A DNA stretch of 63,707 nucleotides, filler included, from Candidatus Hydrogenedentota bacterium (GTDB lineage: Bacteria; JBFMHD01): the NCBI GenBank assembly GCA_040752395.1. It is 4 parts of 4 records of this genome, joined end to end, with 100 filler letters (N's around TTAATTAATTAA, not from the genome) between each part and the next. Parts side by side here need not be neighbours in the genome. Positions count along the whole stretch, not along the records: positions 1 to 16,510 come from JBFMHD010000039.1; positions 16,611 to 32,976 come from JBFMHD010000040.1; 2 more parts are not named here. The stretch is one strand, 5' to 3'. Positions 10,067-19,825 of the stretch are shown one piece after another. The notes beneath the pieces are model-generated. The model was not told the DNA's origin, made no database searches, and worked only from the letters and a program-made list of their open reading frames with translations. The translations under genes were made by a program, and so were the position numbers. Position 1 is the stretch's first letter; every line of letters begins with the position of its first letter.

Positions 10067-11374
10067 CTACTTCTTCTTTCTCAACACCACCCGTATCGGT
10101 ACACCATCGATACCATATAGTTCTCTTAATTTATTGTGAATAAATCTTTTATAATTTTCTCTAAAAAGACAAGGATTATTAACAAATAAAATAAATGTCG
10201 GTGGTTCAACACTCTGTTGCGTCGCATAATACACTTTTGGGATCTCTGTTTTTGTAATAGCTGGTTGATAGTTCAGTAAAATCTCGGATAAATCAGCATT
10301 GATTTGAGAGGTATTAATTCTTTTTCTGAGCCCATTGTAAATCTGTATTACCATCGGTAAGATTCTATCTGTCCGCAACCTGTTTTTTGCCGAGATTGAT
10401 ATAACAGGCGCATGGGATAATAAAGGCATTCTTTGTTCAATAACCTTCTTTAAATTATCAAATGTTTTCTCATCCTTTTCCTTTGCATCCCACTTGTTAA
10501 TCAGGACAATTATTCCTTTACCTTCATTTTCTATATATTTAAGTAGATTCAAATCCTGTGATAAAAAACCATCGAGTGCATCAACAATGAACAGAACAAC
10601 TTTAGCCATTCGTATGCCCTGTTTAGCACGGATAACACTGATGTTCTCTAAGAGATTATGTATCTTTGCTTTTTTTCTGATGCCCGCTGTATCAATAATC
10701 TTAATCTTCTGATTTTCATATTCAATAATAGTATCAAAAGAATCCCTTGTGGTTCCAGGAATCTCAGTCACAATAGCCCGCTCTTCATTACATAAAACAT
10801 TCAGTAAAGTAGATTTACCAACATTGGGTCTGCCTATTATAGCAACAGGTATACTCTCTTCTCGTTCTATGGATTTTGAGTGAATAGACTCAATAACATA
10901 ATCAAGTAAATCACCTATCCCCCTCCCCATTTCAGCAGAAACCTCAAATATTTTATTAAACCCGAACTTAAAATAATCTGTCTCCATATCTCTCTTGATT
11001 TTTTCATCATCTATTTTGTTTAAAACAAGTACGACTTTATCACGGTAAGGTATTAAAAATTTATACACTGTTTCATCTTCTTGTGTTATTCCATGTCTCG
11101 CGTCTAAAAGAAACAATATCAATTCACTATTTTTTAATACGCTTGTTATCTGTTTTAATATACCAACAACAATAGGGTTCTTTTTATCATCAATAATTCC
11201 ACCAGTATCAACTATGATAAAACTTTTCCCGCCCCATTCCACAATGGCCTCAATCCTGTCTCTTGTAACACCCGGCGTTTTATCAACAATAGCCTTTCTT
11301 CTGCCTATTAATCTATTAAAGAGTGTAGATTTCCCAACATTTTGTTTACCGATAATCGCAACTTTTGGTAACAT
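10067..11374 (-). CDS. der: Ribosome biogenesis GTPase Der (EngA)
   Basis: Two tandem G domains (NVGKSTL, DTGG/DTAG, NK.D) plus KH-like tail. Confidence 0.96.
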   Translation of the reverse strand: MLPKVAIIGKQNVGKSTLFNRLIGRRKAIVDKTPGVTRDRIEAIVEWGGKSFIIVDTGGIIDDKKNPIVVGILKQITSVLKNSELILFLLDARHGITQEDETVYKFLIPYRDKVVLVLNKIDDEKIKRDMETDYFKFGFNKIFEVSAEMGRGIGDLLDYVIESIHSKSIEREESIPVAIIGRPNVGKSTLLNVLCNEERAIVTEIPGTTRDSFDTIIEYENQKIKIIDTAGIRKKAKIHNLLENISVIRAKQGIRMAKVVLFIVDALDGFLSQDLNLLKYIENEGKGIIVLINKWDAKEKDEKTFDNLKKVIEQRMPLLSHAPVISISAKNRLRTDRILPMVIQIYNGLRKRINTSQINADLSEILLNYQPAITKTEIPKVYYATQQSVEPPTFILFVNNPCLFRENYKRFIHNKLRELYGIDGVPIRVVLRKKK

Positions 11375-11405
11375 TGATGATTCTCCTGTATCTTGCCTCT
11401 ACATA

Positions 11406-12128
11406 TCAACTCTTCACCCTTATGCCTTTAGAAAATAAATACAATATAGAAATAAAAGATTTTATAGACGCCTTTAAAAACTTTATTTTACTCCTTCGAT
11501 CTATGGCATTCAGCTTAACCGGGAACTCTTTTATCCTGTAACCTTTATTCTGCAATCGAGTAAGAACCTCTGTGTCCCACATCCAGTCTGTTAATATTAT
11601 CTCATCTAATATGCTCTTTATCGCCGCTTTTTTAAATATTTTTAAACCACCCTGATTGTCTCTTATATCTGAATTCAATAATGTTTTAACCGTACAATAA
11701 TGGACAAGATGTAAAAAATATCTAAACTTCTTTAAGTCTTTAAGAGTGTCTCGCTCTATATATTTTGACGCAATAACAACATCATAATTATCATTTTCAA
11801 GTAGCTTTAAAAAATCTTTTATATATAGAAAATCTATTTCTAAATCTATGTCAAGATAGCCAATATAATCTCCCCCAGCTATTCTCATTGCTTTGGTTAA
11901 TATAAAACCCCTGTATGTGTTTATATCCTGTGTTACATATTTTACGTTTTCATATTTTTCTTTAAGCTCTTTTATAATTGACAGACTGTTATCCGTTGAA
12001 CCGTCATTACCTAATATTATTTCATAAGCAGGGATGTTTCCTTTTAAAAAACTATGAATTTTTTGAAAATTCTCGGCTAATATCTTTTCTTCATTAAATA
12101 CCGGTAATACAATGGACAATAAAACCAT
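11406..12128 (-). CDS. GT2 glycosyltransferase (polyprenol-phosphate sugar synthase-like)
   Basis: SIVLPVFNEE, NDGSTD, DID motif. Confidence 0.85.
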   Translation of the reverse strand: MVLLSIVLPVFNEEKILAENFQKIHSFLKGNIPAYEIILGNDGSTDNSLSIIKELKEKYENVKYVTQDINTYRGFILTKAMRIAGGDYIGYLDIDLEIDFLYIKDFLKLLENDNYDVVIASKYIERDTLKDLKKFRYFLHLVHYCTVKTLLNSDIRDNQGGLKIFKKAAIKSILDEIILTDWMWDTEVLTRLQNKGYRIKEFPVKLNAIDRRSKIKFLKASIKSFISILYLFSKGIRVKS

Positions 12129-12165
12129 CTTGATATCTTCTCTAAAAGATATTAAAATAATCTTT

Positions 12166-13713
12166 ATGAAATTTAAAGTCTTTTTTTATGCACTGATTAT
12201 CTCGTTAATAATTAATCTGCCATATCTTATGGGTCTCATTTTAACGCCTGAAGATTCCCAATATCTTCATTATACAGCAAGCGTAAATAATTATGACCAG
12301 TTATACTCAATTGATTGTTTTCATCAAGGTATGCACAGGATATTTAAAACTATAAATTTATATTCTACTGAAAAAGAACGGTTCAAACGTTTTGCACCAT
12401 TTTATCCATTCTGCGGGTTTGTTTTTAAATCAGCCGGGTTTAACATTGATTATGGTTTCACTCTGTTAAGAATAGTCTCAACAATCATATTTATCTCTGT
12501 TTTATATTATTCTCTTACTGTTTTTTTAGAAGGAGCCGAGATCTGGCGTTGTTTACTATTCATACTTTTTTCTGGTTGTTTTTATTATGTTTCGTATATT
12601 GATACAAATACTTTTCTCTCGATTTATCTACACCCCCATCTTGCAATATCCCTGTCACTTGTCTTACTTATACTATCGCGTTATTATAAGTTAGAAGCAA
12701 GAAGCAAGATGCAAGATGCAAGATGCGCAAGACAAGAGACAAGAACTCAGCAAAACTTAAATCTGGCTCTATTATGTTGTTGTATTTTTGTTCTGTCGTT
12801 TGTTCATACATATATGCTTATCCCTGTAATTTTATTCTGTTTAATATACTGCTCTTTTCTTAAGAGATCACTGATCCCTCTATTGTTTACGATATTATTC
12901 TCATCACCTGGTATTATCTATCACTTTTATACCACCTATCTATCTTATACAAAACCTGAATTTCATTTCAAAAGCGCTTATATATTCCCGAACCTATTCA
13001 TAACATTTGGTCTTTATGGTTTGCCGTTTTTCCTTGCTATATATTTCTGGTTCACTACTGATGGTCGTTCCCTCTTAAAAAATAACAAAATTTTACGGTT
13101 TTGTAGTGTATGGTTTTTTGTCTTTTTTATATTGAGTTTTGTCCCGCTTTATTTTGGTAGAAGGTTTGTTATCAGCACCCATATGGCTTTATCAATTATG
13201 GGATTTGTATTTATTGAAAAGAAATTGCTGCCAAATAGAAAAATTATAGCATCCTTTTTAATATTTTTAGCTGTTCTGCCAACTCTATTTTTCTACGCAA
13301 GACAATTCTATAATATCACTCTTAATAAAAATAGTTATTACATTTCAAGTAAAGAAAATAACATTATAAAATATCTGCGTAATTATTATCGTTCACACCC
13401 AAAATTAATGTGCTCTGAATATTCAGGGATGCTTTATCCGCCATTTACAGGTTGTACAGCTTTTTCAAGCGGGTGGGAATTCACCTCGTTCTGGGTATCA
13501 AAAAAGGAGATTATAAATATTTTCTATAGCCCAAAAACTGATAACGAAACCAGAAAAAATATATTGAGAAAATATAATATAAAATTTGTTCTGTATACAC
13601 CTAACGAGACAGGGCCTCGACCCGAACCCTGGCCTGATTTATCTGGTTTTTTAGAACCTGTCATAGATGAGAACAAATATAAATTATTTTTATTTACAGA
13701 AAACATAAATTAA
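12166..13713 (+). CDS. Polytopic membrane protein, probable GT-C glycosyltransferase; carries an in-frame repeat insertion
   Basis: Many transmembrane segments, C-terminal ILRKYNIKFV motif, divergent from the GT2; ATG 12166 avoids overlap. Confidence 0.6.
   Translation: MKFKVFFYALIISLIINLPYLMGLILTPEDSQYLHYTASVNNYDQLYSIDCFHQGMHRIFKTINLYSTEKERFKRFAPFYPFCGFVFKSAGFNIDYGFTLLRIVSTIIFISVLYYSLTVFLEGAEIWRCLLFILFSGCFYYVSYIDTNTFLSIYLHPHLAISLSLVLLILSRYYKLEARSKMQDARCARQETRTQQNLNLALLCCCIFVLSFVHTYMLIPVILFCLIYCSFLKRSLIPLLFTILFSSPGIIYHFYTTYLSYTKPEFHFKSAYIFPNLFITFGLYGLPFFLAIYFWFTTDGRSLLKNNKILRFCSVWFFVFFILSFVPLYFGRRFVISTHMALSIMGFVFIEKKLLPNRKIIASFLIFLAVLPTLFFYARQFYNITLNKNSYYISSKENNIIKYLRNYYRSHPKLMCSEYSGMLYPPFTGCTAFSSGWEFTSFWVSKKEIINIFYSPKTDNETRKNILRKYNIKFVLYTPNETGPRPEPWPDLSGFLEPVIDENKYKLFLFTENIN
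12693..12745 (+). repeat. Heptamer repeat (GAAGCAA/GATGCAA/GAGACAA) inside the CDS
   Basis: Same unit as the intergenic mosaic family; encodes EARSKMQDARCARQETR. Confidence 0.75.
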
Positions 13714-13757
13714 CTATAATGTATGAAAAAGATAGGAGCTATTTTTTATAAGAGTTG

Positions 13758-13925
13758 TCATGAGCGTGGTTTTCACTCTACACTATTGGGTTATTGGGTT
13801 ATTGCGTTTTTGCGCTCTACTCTACAATTAAAAATTAAAAATTAGAAAACAGGAGACAGGAGACAGACTTCTTGCCTCTTGCTTCTACTTGATATTATTA
13901 TAGTTACAATGTTTTTCAGAGGAGG
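13758..13925 (+). repeat. Mosaic heptamer repeat copy ending in the terminal/RBS module
   Basis: TCATGAGCG, (TTATTGG)n, (AGGAGAC)n, CTTGATATTATTATAGTTACAATGTTTTTCAGAGGAGG. Confidence 0.9.
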
Positions 13926-13933
13926 TATTTTTT

Positions 13934-14563
13934 ATGTTTGAGATCGAGGGTATAAAATTTTACTGGCTGGGACACGCTTCATTTAGAATTGAAGCCCAGG
14001 GACTTCTGGTATACTTAGACCCGTATAATGTCAAAGATTATAAAGCTGATGCTGATATTATACTCATAACTCATAACCACTATGACCATCTGAGCCTACA
14101 GGATATAAATAGATTAAAGAAATCTGATACTTCTATTGTTTTACCTGAATTTGATAAGGGATCTATCTCTGGTACTAATCTTGTCTACCTAAAACCAGGG
14201 GCTTCAATTGTGGTAAAAACAATCAATATCGAGGGTGTCGCTGCTTATAATACAAATAAAGCATTCCATCCTAAAAATAATAACTGGCTCGGCTATATTG
14301 TAAATATAAGCAACAAACGTATATACCATGCTGGAGATACTGATGTTACAGCTGAAATGAAAAATCTACAAAATATAGATATAGCATTGCTGCCGGTTGG
14401 CGGGACCTATACTATGACTGCTAATGAAGCTGCACTGGCTGCAAATACATTGAAACCGAAATATGTTGTTCCGATGCACTGGGGCAGTATTGTTGGTAGT
14501 AAGAATGATGCTCTGTCTTTTAGTAAGCTTGTTAAGGATTCAAAAGTAATAATGCCTCAATAA
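13934..14563 (+). CDS. MBL-fold metallo-hydrolase
   Basis: WLGHASF, THNHYDH, YHAGDT, PMHWG. Confidence 0.9.
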   Translation: MFEIEGIKFYWLGHASFRIEAQGLLVYLDPYNVKDYKADADIILITHNHYDHLSLQDINRLKKSDTSIVLPEFDKGSISGTNLVYLKPGASIVVKTINIEGVAAYNTNKAFHPKNNNWLGYIVNISNKRIYHAGDTDVTAEMKNLQNIDIALLPVGGTYTMTANEAALAANTLKPKYVVPMHWGSIVGSKNDALSFSKLVKDSKVIMPQ

Positions 14564-14709
14564 TCACATCTTACTTTTGCAAATAATTCATCGCGTTTCT
14601 CACAGGAATCAAGCAGTGTCTCGATAAAATCAAAGAATGTGGGGCTATCTTTTTCAATAAAACATTTGAGAGCTGAATATTTAATTATCTCGTCTCTTAA
14701 ATTTTTCAC
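14557..14709 (-). CDS. Small 50-aa hypothetical protein (not in the ORF track)
   Basis: GGGAGG-5nt-GTG start at the repeat terminus; MKNLRDEIIKYSALKCF...VRCDY. Confidence 0.4.
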   Translation of the reverse strand: MKNLRDEIIKYSALKCFIEKDSPTFFDFIETLLDSCEKRDELFAKVRCDY

Positions 14710-14714
14710 GATAT

Positions 14715-15050
14715 CCTCCCTTCGAAAAACTTGAGTAACTCTAATAATTTCACGAAGTAAGAAGTAAGAAGTATCAGGACAGGCTACAGGCTACGGACTA
14801 CAGCCGGCTGGAGCCAAAAGCCAAAAGCCTGCTGAAAAGTCTTGAGTCTTGAGTCTCGAGTCCTGTTTTGACTCACGACTCACGACTCTTTTCATATCAT
14901 CTTTAATATTATTATCGGCAAAATATTATGTAAACTTGATGATAGTACTCTCCTTCCCTACCATTATTCACTTACACTGCTTCTTGCCTCTTTCGTTATC
15001 TTTCTTTTCCGTTATCTGTCTCATGCTTCTTCATTCCACCTATAACTGAG
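14715..15050 (-). repeat. Mosaic heptamer repeat copy (terminal variant, B and C modules, then further modules at 14977-15050)
   Basis: CAGGCTAC..CAGCCGGCTGGAGCCAAAAGCC and GAGTCTT/GACTCAC modules shared with 23632 and 32865. Confidence 0.9.
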
Positions 15051-15220
15051 AACATGTGAAAAAATTAGACTTTTTTAGAAAATGGGGACTGATAATAAAA
15101 AAGTTAGCAGGTATTAATGTTGATTATTTCACACGTTAAGAATTTGTAAAAATTCTTTACACGAGGGGATAATTTTGATTAATATATGAAATTATTAAAT
15201 GAATCAGGAGGCGAATTGAA

Positions 15221-15466
15221 ATGTCAGTATCAATAAAACAAAAAATGCATTTATATGTAGAGAAAAATAATAAGAGATGTGGCGGCGTGCCTGTAATAAA
15301 GGGAACGAGAATACCTGTTACGATCATTATTAAACACTATAAATCAGGAATGTCCATAGAAGATATTCTTGAAGGATATCCAAACTTAAAACCATAATAT
15401 ATTTTTGATGCACTAAGTTACTATTATGATAACAAAGATGAAATTGAAAAAATATTAGCACAATGA
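15221..15466 (+). pseudogene. DUF433 antitoxin with an internal TAA (15395-15397)
   Basis: CGGVPVIKGTRIPV...GMSIEDILEGYPNLKP*YIFDALSYY. Confidence 0.8.
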
Positions 15467-15516
15467 ATATTAAATTATATCTCGATGAAGATGTTCATAA
15501 TTTTATTTGCTTTTAG
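15463..15516 (+). pseudogene. Truncated DUF5615/PIN-like toxin N-terminus
   Basis: MNIKLYLDEDVH then stop; ATGA overlap with DUF433. Confidence 0.65.
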
Positions 15517-15585
15517 TATATTAGTAAGGCTATATATTACGATATAGTACCTTACAAATAAAATCTTGACATTTTCAGCAAAAAT

Positions 15586-15710
15586 ATTTTACCACTGAAA
15601 CACAGAATTACTGAAACACGGAATATTTTTCTGTATTTCAATAAAATTCAATCCGATAATGCTGGAATGATCCTGTGTCTGGTGTTTTTCCGATTATTCC
15701 GTGGTAAAAT
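15586..15710. repeat. Palindromic element with 8-9-nt periodic arms
   Basis: ATTTTACCAC...GTGGTAAAAT termini; CACTGAAA/CACGGAAT units versus TTCCG units. Confidence 0.55.
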
Positions 15711-15762
15711 TTTTCCCGATTTATTCGGGTTAGGAACACATAATTTATATAAATAGATAATA

Positions 15763-16510
15763 ATGGACACTAAGAAATATTTTTTAAAATTAAAAAATGT
15801 CAAGATAGAAAAAGAAGTGCCACTCTCATATTATACTACATTCCGAATTGGCGGGGCAGCAGATTTATTAATAAAAGTTACTTCCCAAAAAGAACTCGTA
15901 GAAACTATCAATATTTGCAGAGAACATAATATACCCTTTATTATACTCGGTGGCGGTTCAAATGTCCTTATCAATGATAACGGTTTCCAGGGCGTTGTAA
16001 TACTCGATAGAACCTCTGATTATAGTTTTTACGACGAAATAGTTACAGCAAATAGTGGGACATTTTTTCGAAAGATAGCTTTTGAAAGCATCAAGCGAGG
16101 TTTAGAAGGTATAGAATTTGGCTGTTGTCTGTATGGTACTTTAGGTGGCGCTATCTATGGTAATAGCGGTGCTTATGGTAAGAGTATCGGTGATGTTTTA
16201 ATAGAAGCAGAGATTTTAAAACCTGATGGTAAAATTGAACTCGTTGATAATAATTTTTTTCATTTCCAATATAGAGATAGCTCTCTTAAAACGAATCTCT
16301 GCGTTGTCTTGAGTGTAAAACTTAAATTACAAAAATCTGACCCGATAGTATTACTTACCAGAGTAAAAGAAGACATCGAAAAACGGCTTAATAGCCATCC
16401 GCAAAAAGAGGGTTCTGCTGGAAGCTACTTTAAAAATTTGCCATCATCGGTCCAGGGTGAACCCCGTATCCCAGCAGGTAAAATACTTGATGAACTTGGG
16501 GCTAGAGGGA
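15763..16510 (+). CDS. murB: UDP-N-acetylmuramate dehydrogenase, cut by a gap
   Basis: TTFRIGGAAD, GGGSNVL, SAGSYFKN. Confidence 0.93.
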
Positions 16511-16610
16511 NNNNNNNNNNNNNNNNNNNNNNNNNNNNNNNNNNNNNNNNNNNNTTAATTAATTAANNNNNNNNNNNNNNNNNNNNNNNNNNNNNNNNNN
16601 NNNNNNNNNN

Positions 16611-16729
16611 CATATCTTATATTCACTGACAAACTTGAAGAAATATTTAAAGAAATGAATTATAAAGAGAGAGACGTAAGTTTAACACACACTGATACTT
16701 GCGCTCAAGCAGTAGTTGTGTTTATTTAG
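16611..16729 (+). CDS. acpS: Holo-ACP synthase C-terminal fragment after the gap
   Basis: Manual translation ..YLIFTDKLEE...DVSLTHTDTCAQAVVVFI*. Confidence 0.65.
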
Positions 16730-16977
16730 AAGCAAGATAACGAAAGAAGCAAGAGGCACAAAGGCACAAAGGATGAAAAACTGAAGATGATATGAAAAGA
16801 GTCGTGAGTCAAAACAGGACTCGAGACTCAAGACTCAAGACTTTTCATAGGGAGCTCCAGCCGGCTGTAGTCCGTAGCCTGTAGCCCGTCCTGACACCTC
16901 TCACTTCTTCCGTTATCTTGCTTCTTGCTTCTTGCTTCTACTTGATATCATTAGAGTTACAATGTTTTTCAGAGGAG
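16727..16977 (+). repeat. Mosaic heptamer repeat copy with nested inverted arms, ending in the RBS module
   Basis: AGAAGCAAGATAACG...CGTTATCTTGCTTCT outer arms enclose GGCACAA, C and B modules. Confidence 0.92.
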
Positions 16978-16985
16978 ATAGTAGT

Positions 16986-17240
16986 ATGCTTGTTGAATAT
17001 ATAAACGAGGCATTGAGAAGGGCTGAATATAAGATGATAAATGATGATGAACCATTTTATGGAGAAATTCCGGTGTTGGAGGGTGTATGGTCTACCGGGA
17101 AAACACTTGAGGAATGCAGAAAAAATCTTATAGATGTTCTTGATGGATGGATTTATATCAGATTGAAGAAAGGATTGGATATACCTAAATTAGGGTCATT
17201 TAAAATAAGTGAATTAAAAAGGTTAAAAGTTAGTGCCTAA
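16986..17240 (+). CDS. hicB: HicB-family antitoxin (start corrected to 16986)
   Basis: FYGEIPVLEGVWSTGKTLEECRKNL; the upstream ORF extension is repeat-derived. Confidence 0.85.
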   Translation: MLVEYINEALRRAEYKMINDDEPFYGEIPVLEGVWSTGKTLEECRKNLIDVLDGWIYIRLKKGLDIPKLGSFKISELKRLKVSA

Positions 17241-17454
17241 GTTTTCAGCTGTTAAGTGGATAGACCTTATAAAACGGTTACGAAAATTAGGATTTGAGGG
17301 TCCTTATCGCGGTGGGAAGCATCCATATATGATAAAAGACGATTTAGTATTGACGATCCCCAATCCTCATAAAAAGGATGTATCTATAGATTTACTTACA
17401 CAGATACTTCGTCGGGGCAATATAAAACAAAACGAATGGATTGATACCGAATAG
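17233..17454 (+). CDS. hicA: HicA-family toxin
   Basis: LRKLGFEGP..GGKH, IPNPH. Confidence 0.85.
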   Translation: MPKFSAVKWIDLIKRLRKLGFEGPYRGGKHPYMIKDDLVLTIPNPHKKDVSIDLLTQILRRGNIKQNEWIDTE

Positions 17455-17541
17455 ATAAAATAAAAATTTCGTTTTGACAGGATATGGAAAACGATATATT
17501 TTTAGATGTTATAAAACAGATATTGTGCATCGGGTAACAAA

Positions 17542-18123
17542 ATGGTTGAGAAGAAACGAAAGACAAAAGAGACAGAAATAAAAGTAAAAATTGAGTTATA
17601 TGGTAAAGGTAAAAGTGAGATTAATACGGGTATAGGTTTTTTTGACCATATGCTCGAAATTTTTGCGAAACATTCGTTTGTTGATTTATTTGTTTGGGCA
17701 AGCGGTGATAAAAAAGTTGATAGTCATCATATAATTGAAGACGTGGGGATTGTAATAGGGAAAAGTATTGATAAGGCTCTTGAGGAGCGAAGAGGCATAC
17801 GCAGATTTGGGTTTGCAGCTGTGCCGCTTGATGACGCATTAACACTCATAAGTATAGATCTTGGGAATAGGGCTTATCTTAAATTTGATGCAGATTTACC
17901 TAAACTTAAACTTGGCGAGTTCGATGTAGAGATGACTAAAGAGTTTTTTCAAAGCTTGAGTAATAACGCTAAAATGACTCTACATATAAAACTATTACAA
18001 GGTGAGAATACTCATCATTGCATAGAATCTATATTTAAATCATTTGCAAAAGCTTTTGAGATGGCAATTACAAAAGAAAAGAGGATCCAGGGTGAGGTAC
18101 CAAGCACAAAAGGACTCTTATGA
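17542..18123 (+). CDS. hisB: Imidazoleglycerol-phosphate dehydratase
   Basis: TGIGFFDHML, DSHHIIED, NTHHCIES, PSTKG. Confidence 0.96.
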   Translation: MVEKKRKTKETEIKVKIELYGKGKSEINTGIGFFDHMLEIFAKHSFVDLFVWASGDKKVDSHHIIEDVGIVIGKSIDKALEERRGIRRFGFAAVPLDDALTLISIDLGNRAYLKFDADLPKLKLGEFDVEMTKEFFQSLSNNAKMTLHIKLLQGENTHHCIESIFKSFAKAFEMAITKEKRIQGEVPSTKGLL

Positions 18124-19106
18124 TTGGTATCGAAGTAATTGGTATTTCAAAAAATTTTAAAGATATAAAAGCTGTTTGTGATGTCTCGTTCAGTATAGAT
18201 ACAGGTGAGATAGTAGGTTTTCTTGGACCAAATGGTGCAGGCAAAACTACTACTATGCGCATCCTTACTACCTATCTTAAACCTGATAAAGGAACTGCTA
18301 AAATCAAAGGGTTTGATATAATAGACGATTCAAAAGAAGTAAGAAAGAGAATAGGCTATGTACCTGAAAACGCCGCGTTATATGAAGAAATGAGCGTTAT
18401 TGAATATTTAGAATTTGTTTGTAGTCTGCGCGGTATTTCTAATAATCAAAGAAAAGAGAGAATAAAAAATGTTATTGATAGATGTGGTCTGGAAGAAGCA
18501 ATACAAAAATTTGTAGGCGAATTATCCAAGGGCTACAGACAAAGACTATGTCTTGCTCAAGCATTGATACATAATCCAGAAATACTTATTTTTGATGAAC
18601 CAACGCACGGGCTTGACCCAAAACAGATTATAGAAATAAGGGGACTCATAAAAGAGATAGGCAGAGAAAAAACAATAATATTATCAACACACATAATGCA
18701 GGAAGTTACAGCATGTTGTAGTAGAGTTATAATAATAAACAGAGGTGAGATACTGGCAACTGGCAGACCTGATGAATTATCAGCACAGATTTACGGCGGC
18801 AGGGTGATAAACGTTATTTTGACGAAAGAGACACCAACAGAGATTCAGTTTGAGTTTGAAAAGATAGCGTCTGTGAAGAATGTTATAAAGAAGGAACATA
18901 TTGATGGGTGGCTTTATGAGATTGTATCTGAGAAGGATATAGAGACAAGAAGAGCTATTTTTGAGATAGTGAGAAGCAAAAACGCCACATTGCTTGAATT
19001 AACTGCGAAAAAGAGAGAATTTGAGGATATCTTTCTTGAGATTATAAATGGACAGAGTGATCCCTCGGAACGTAAGAATTCTACCGAAGACAGAGAGAAT
19101 ACCTGA
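18120..19106 (+). CDS. ABC-2 ATPase (GldA-like)
   Basis: GPNGAGKTT, LSKGYRQR, DEPT. Confidence 0.88.
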   Translation: MIGIEVIGISKNFKDIKAVCDVSFSIDTGEIVGFLGPNGAGKTTTMRILTTYLKPDKGTAKIKGFDIIDDSKEVRKRIGYVPENAALYEEMSVIEYLEFVCSLRGISNNQRKERIKNVIDRCGLEEAIQKFVGELSKGYRQRLCLAQALIHNPEILIFDEPTHGLDPKQIIEIRGLIKEIGREKTIILSTHIMQEVTACCSRVIIINRGEILATGRPDELSAQIYGGRVINVILTKETPTEIQFEFEKIASVKNVIKKEHIDGWLYEIVSEKDIETRRAIFEIVRSKNATLLELTAKKREFEDIFLEIINGQSDPSERKNSTEDRENT

Positions 19107-19111
19107 CAGAA

Positions 19112-19822
19112 ATGAGAAACAGTTTAATTATTGCAAAACGTGAATTGATGTTATTTTTTAATTCTATAGTTGCGTATATTTTTCTTTTTGTATTCTTAGG
19201 GTTTAGCTACTGGTTTTTCTTTAGAGGATTTTTTTATTATGCTCAAGCTGAGATTTTAGAGATGTTCAATGTATTACCATGGTCATTTTTTGTATTTATT
19301 CCTGCAATAACAATGCGTGCGTTTGCTGAAGAAAAAAGATCAGGAACAATTGAGATTTTGATGACGTATCCTGTAACAGAGTGCGAGTTCGTTTTTGGTA
19401 AATTCCTGGCTGTTGTTATATTTATAGGTATCACCTTGATACTGACGCTGCCTCTTTTTGGTATGATCTGTTATCTTGGAGACGTTGATGAAGGCAGAAT
19501 TTTATGCGGATATTTTGGTAGCTTACTTCTTGGCGCTTCGTATGCTTCTTTAGGCTTATTTGCTTCAAGTCTTACAAAAAATCAGGCTGTGGCTTTTATT
19601 TTAGGATTAATTTTTTGTTTCGTATTTATGATAATAGGTGAGGATATTGTCAGAGTAACATTAAAGGGTAAATTACAGGAAGTTTTATATGAGACAGGGC
19701 TTATCCGAAGGTTTGATAGTATGAAACGCGGGGTTATAGATTCAAGAGATATTGTCTTTTATTTTTCATTTATAGGATTTTTTTATTATCTGACTTTTAG
19801 ACAGATGACAAAAAGTGAGTAA
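19112..19822 (+). CDS. ABC-2 permease (GldF-like)
   Basis: AITMRAFAEEKRSGTIE, RGVIDSRD. Confidence 0.85.
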   Translation: MRNSLIIAKRELMLFFNSIVAYIFLFVFLGFSYWFFFRGFFYYAQAEILEMFNVLPWSFFVFIPAITMRAFAEEKRSGTIEILMTYPVTECEFVFGKFLAVVIFIGITLILTLPLFGMICYLGDVDEGRILCGYFGSLLLGASYASLGLFASSLTKNQAVAFILGLIFCFVFMIIGEDIVRVTLKGKLQEVLYETGLIRRFDSMKRGVIDSRDIVFYFSFIGFFYYLTFRQMTKSE

Positions 19823-19825
19823 ACG

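Noticed and set aside
16511-16610. N-run with TTAATTAATTAA (also 32977-33076 and 49432-49531)
   Set aside because: Artificial stop-in-all-frames contig linker; adjacency across these gaps is not biological evidence
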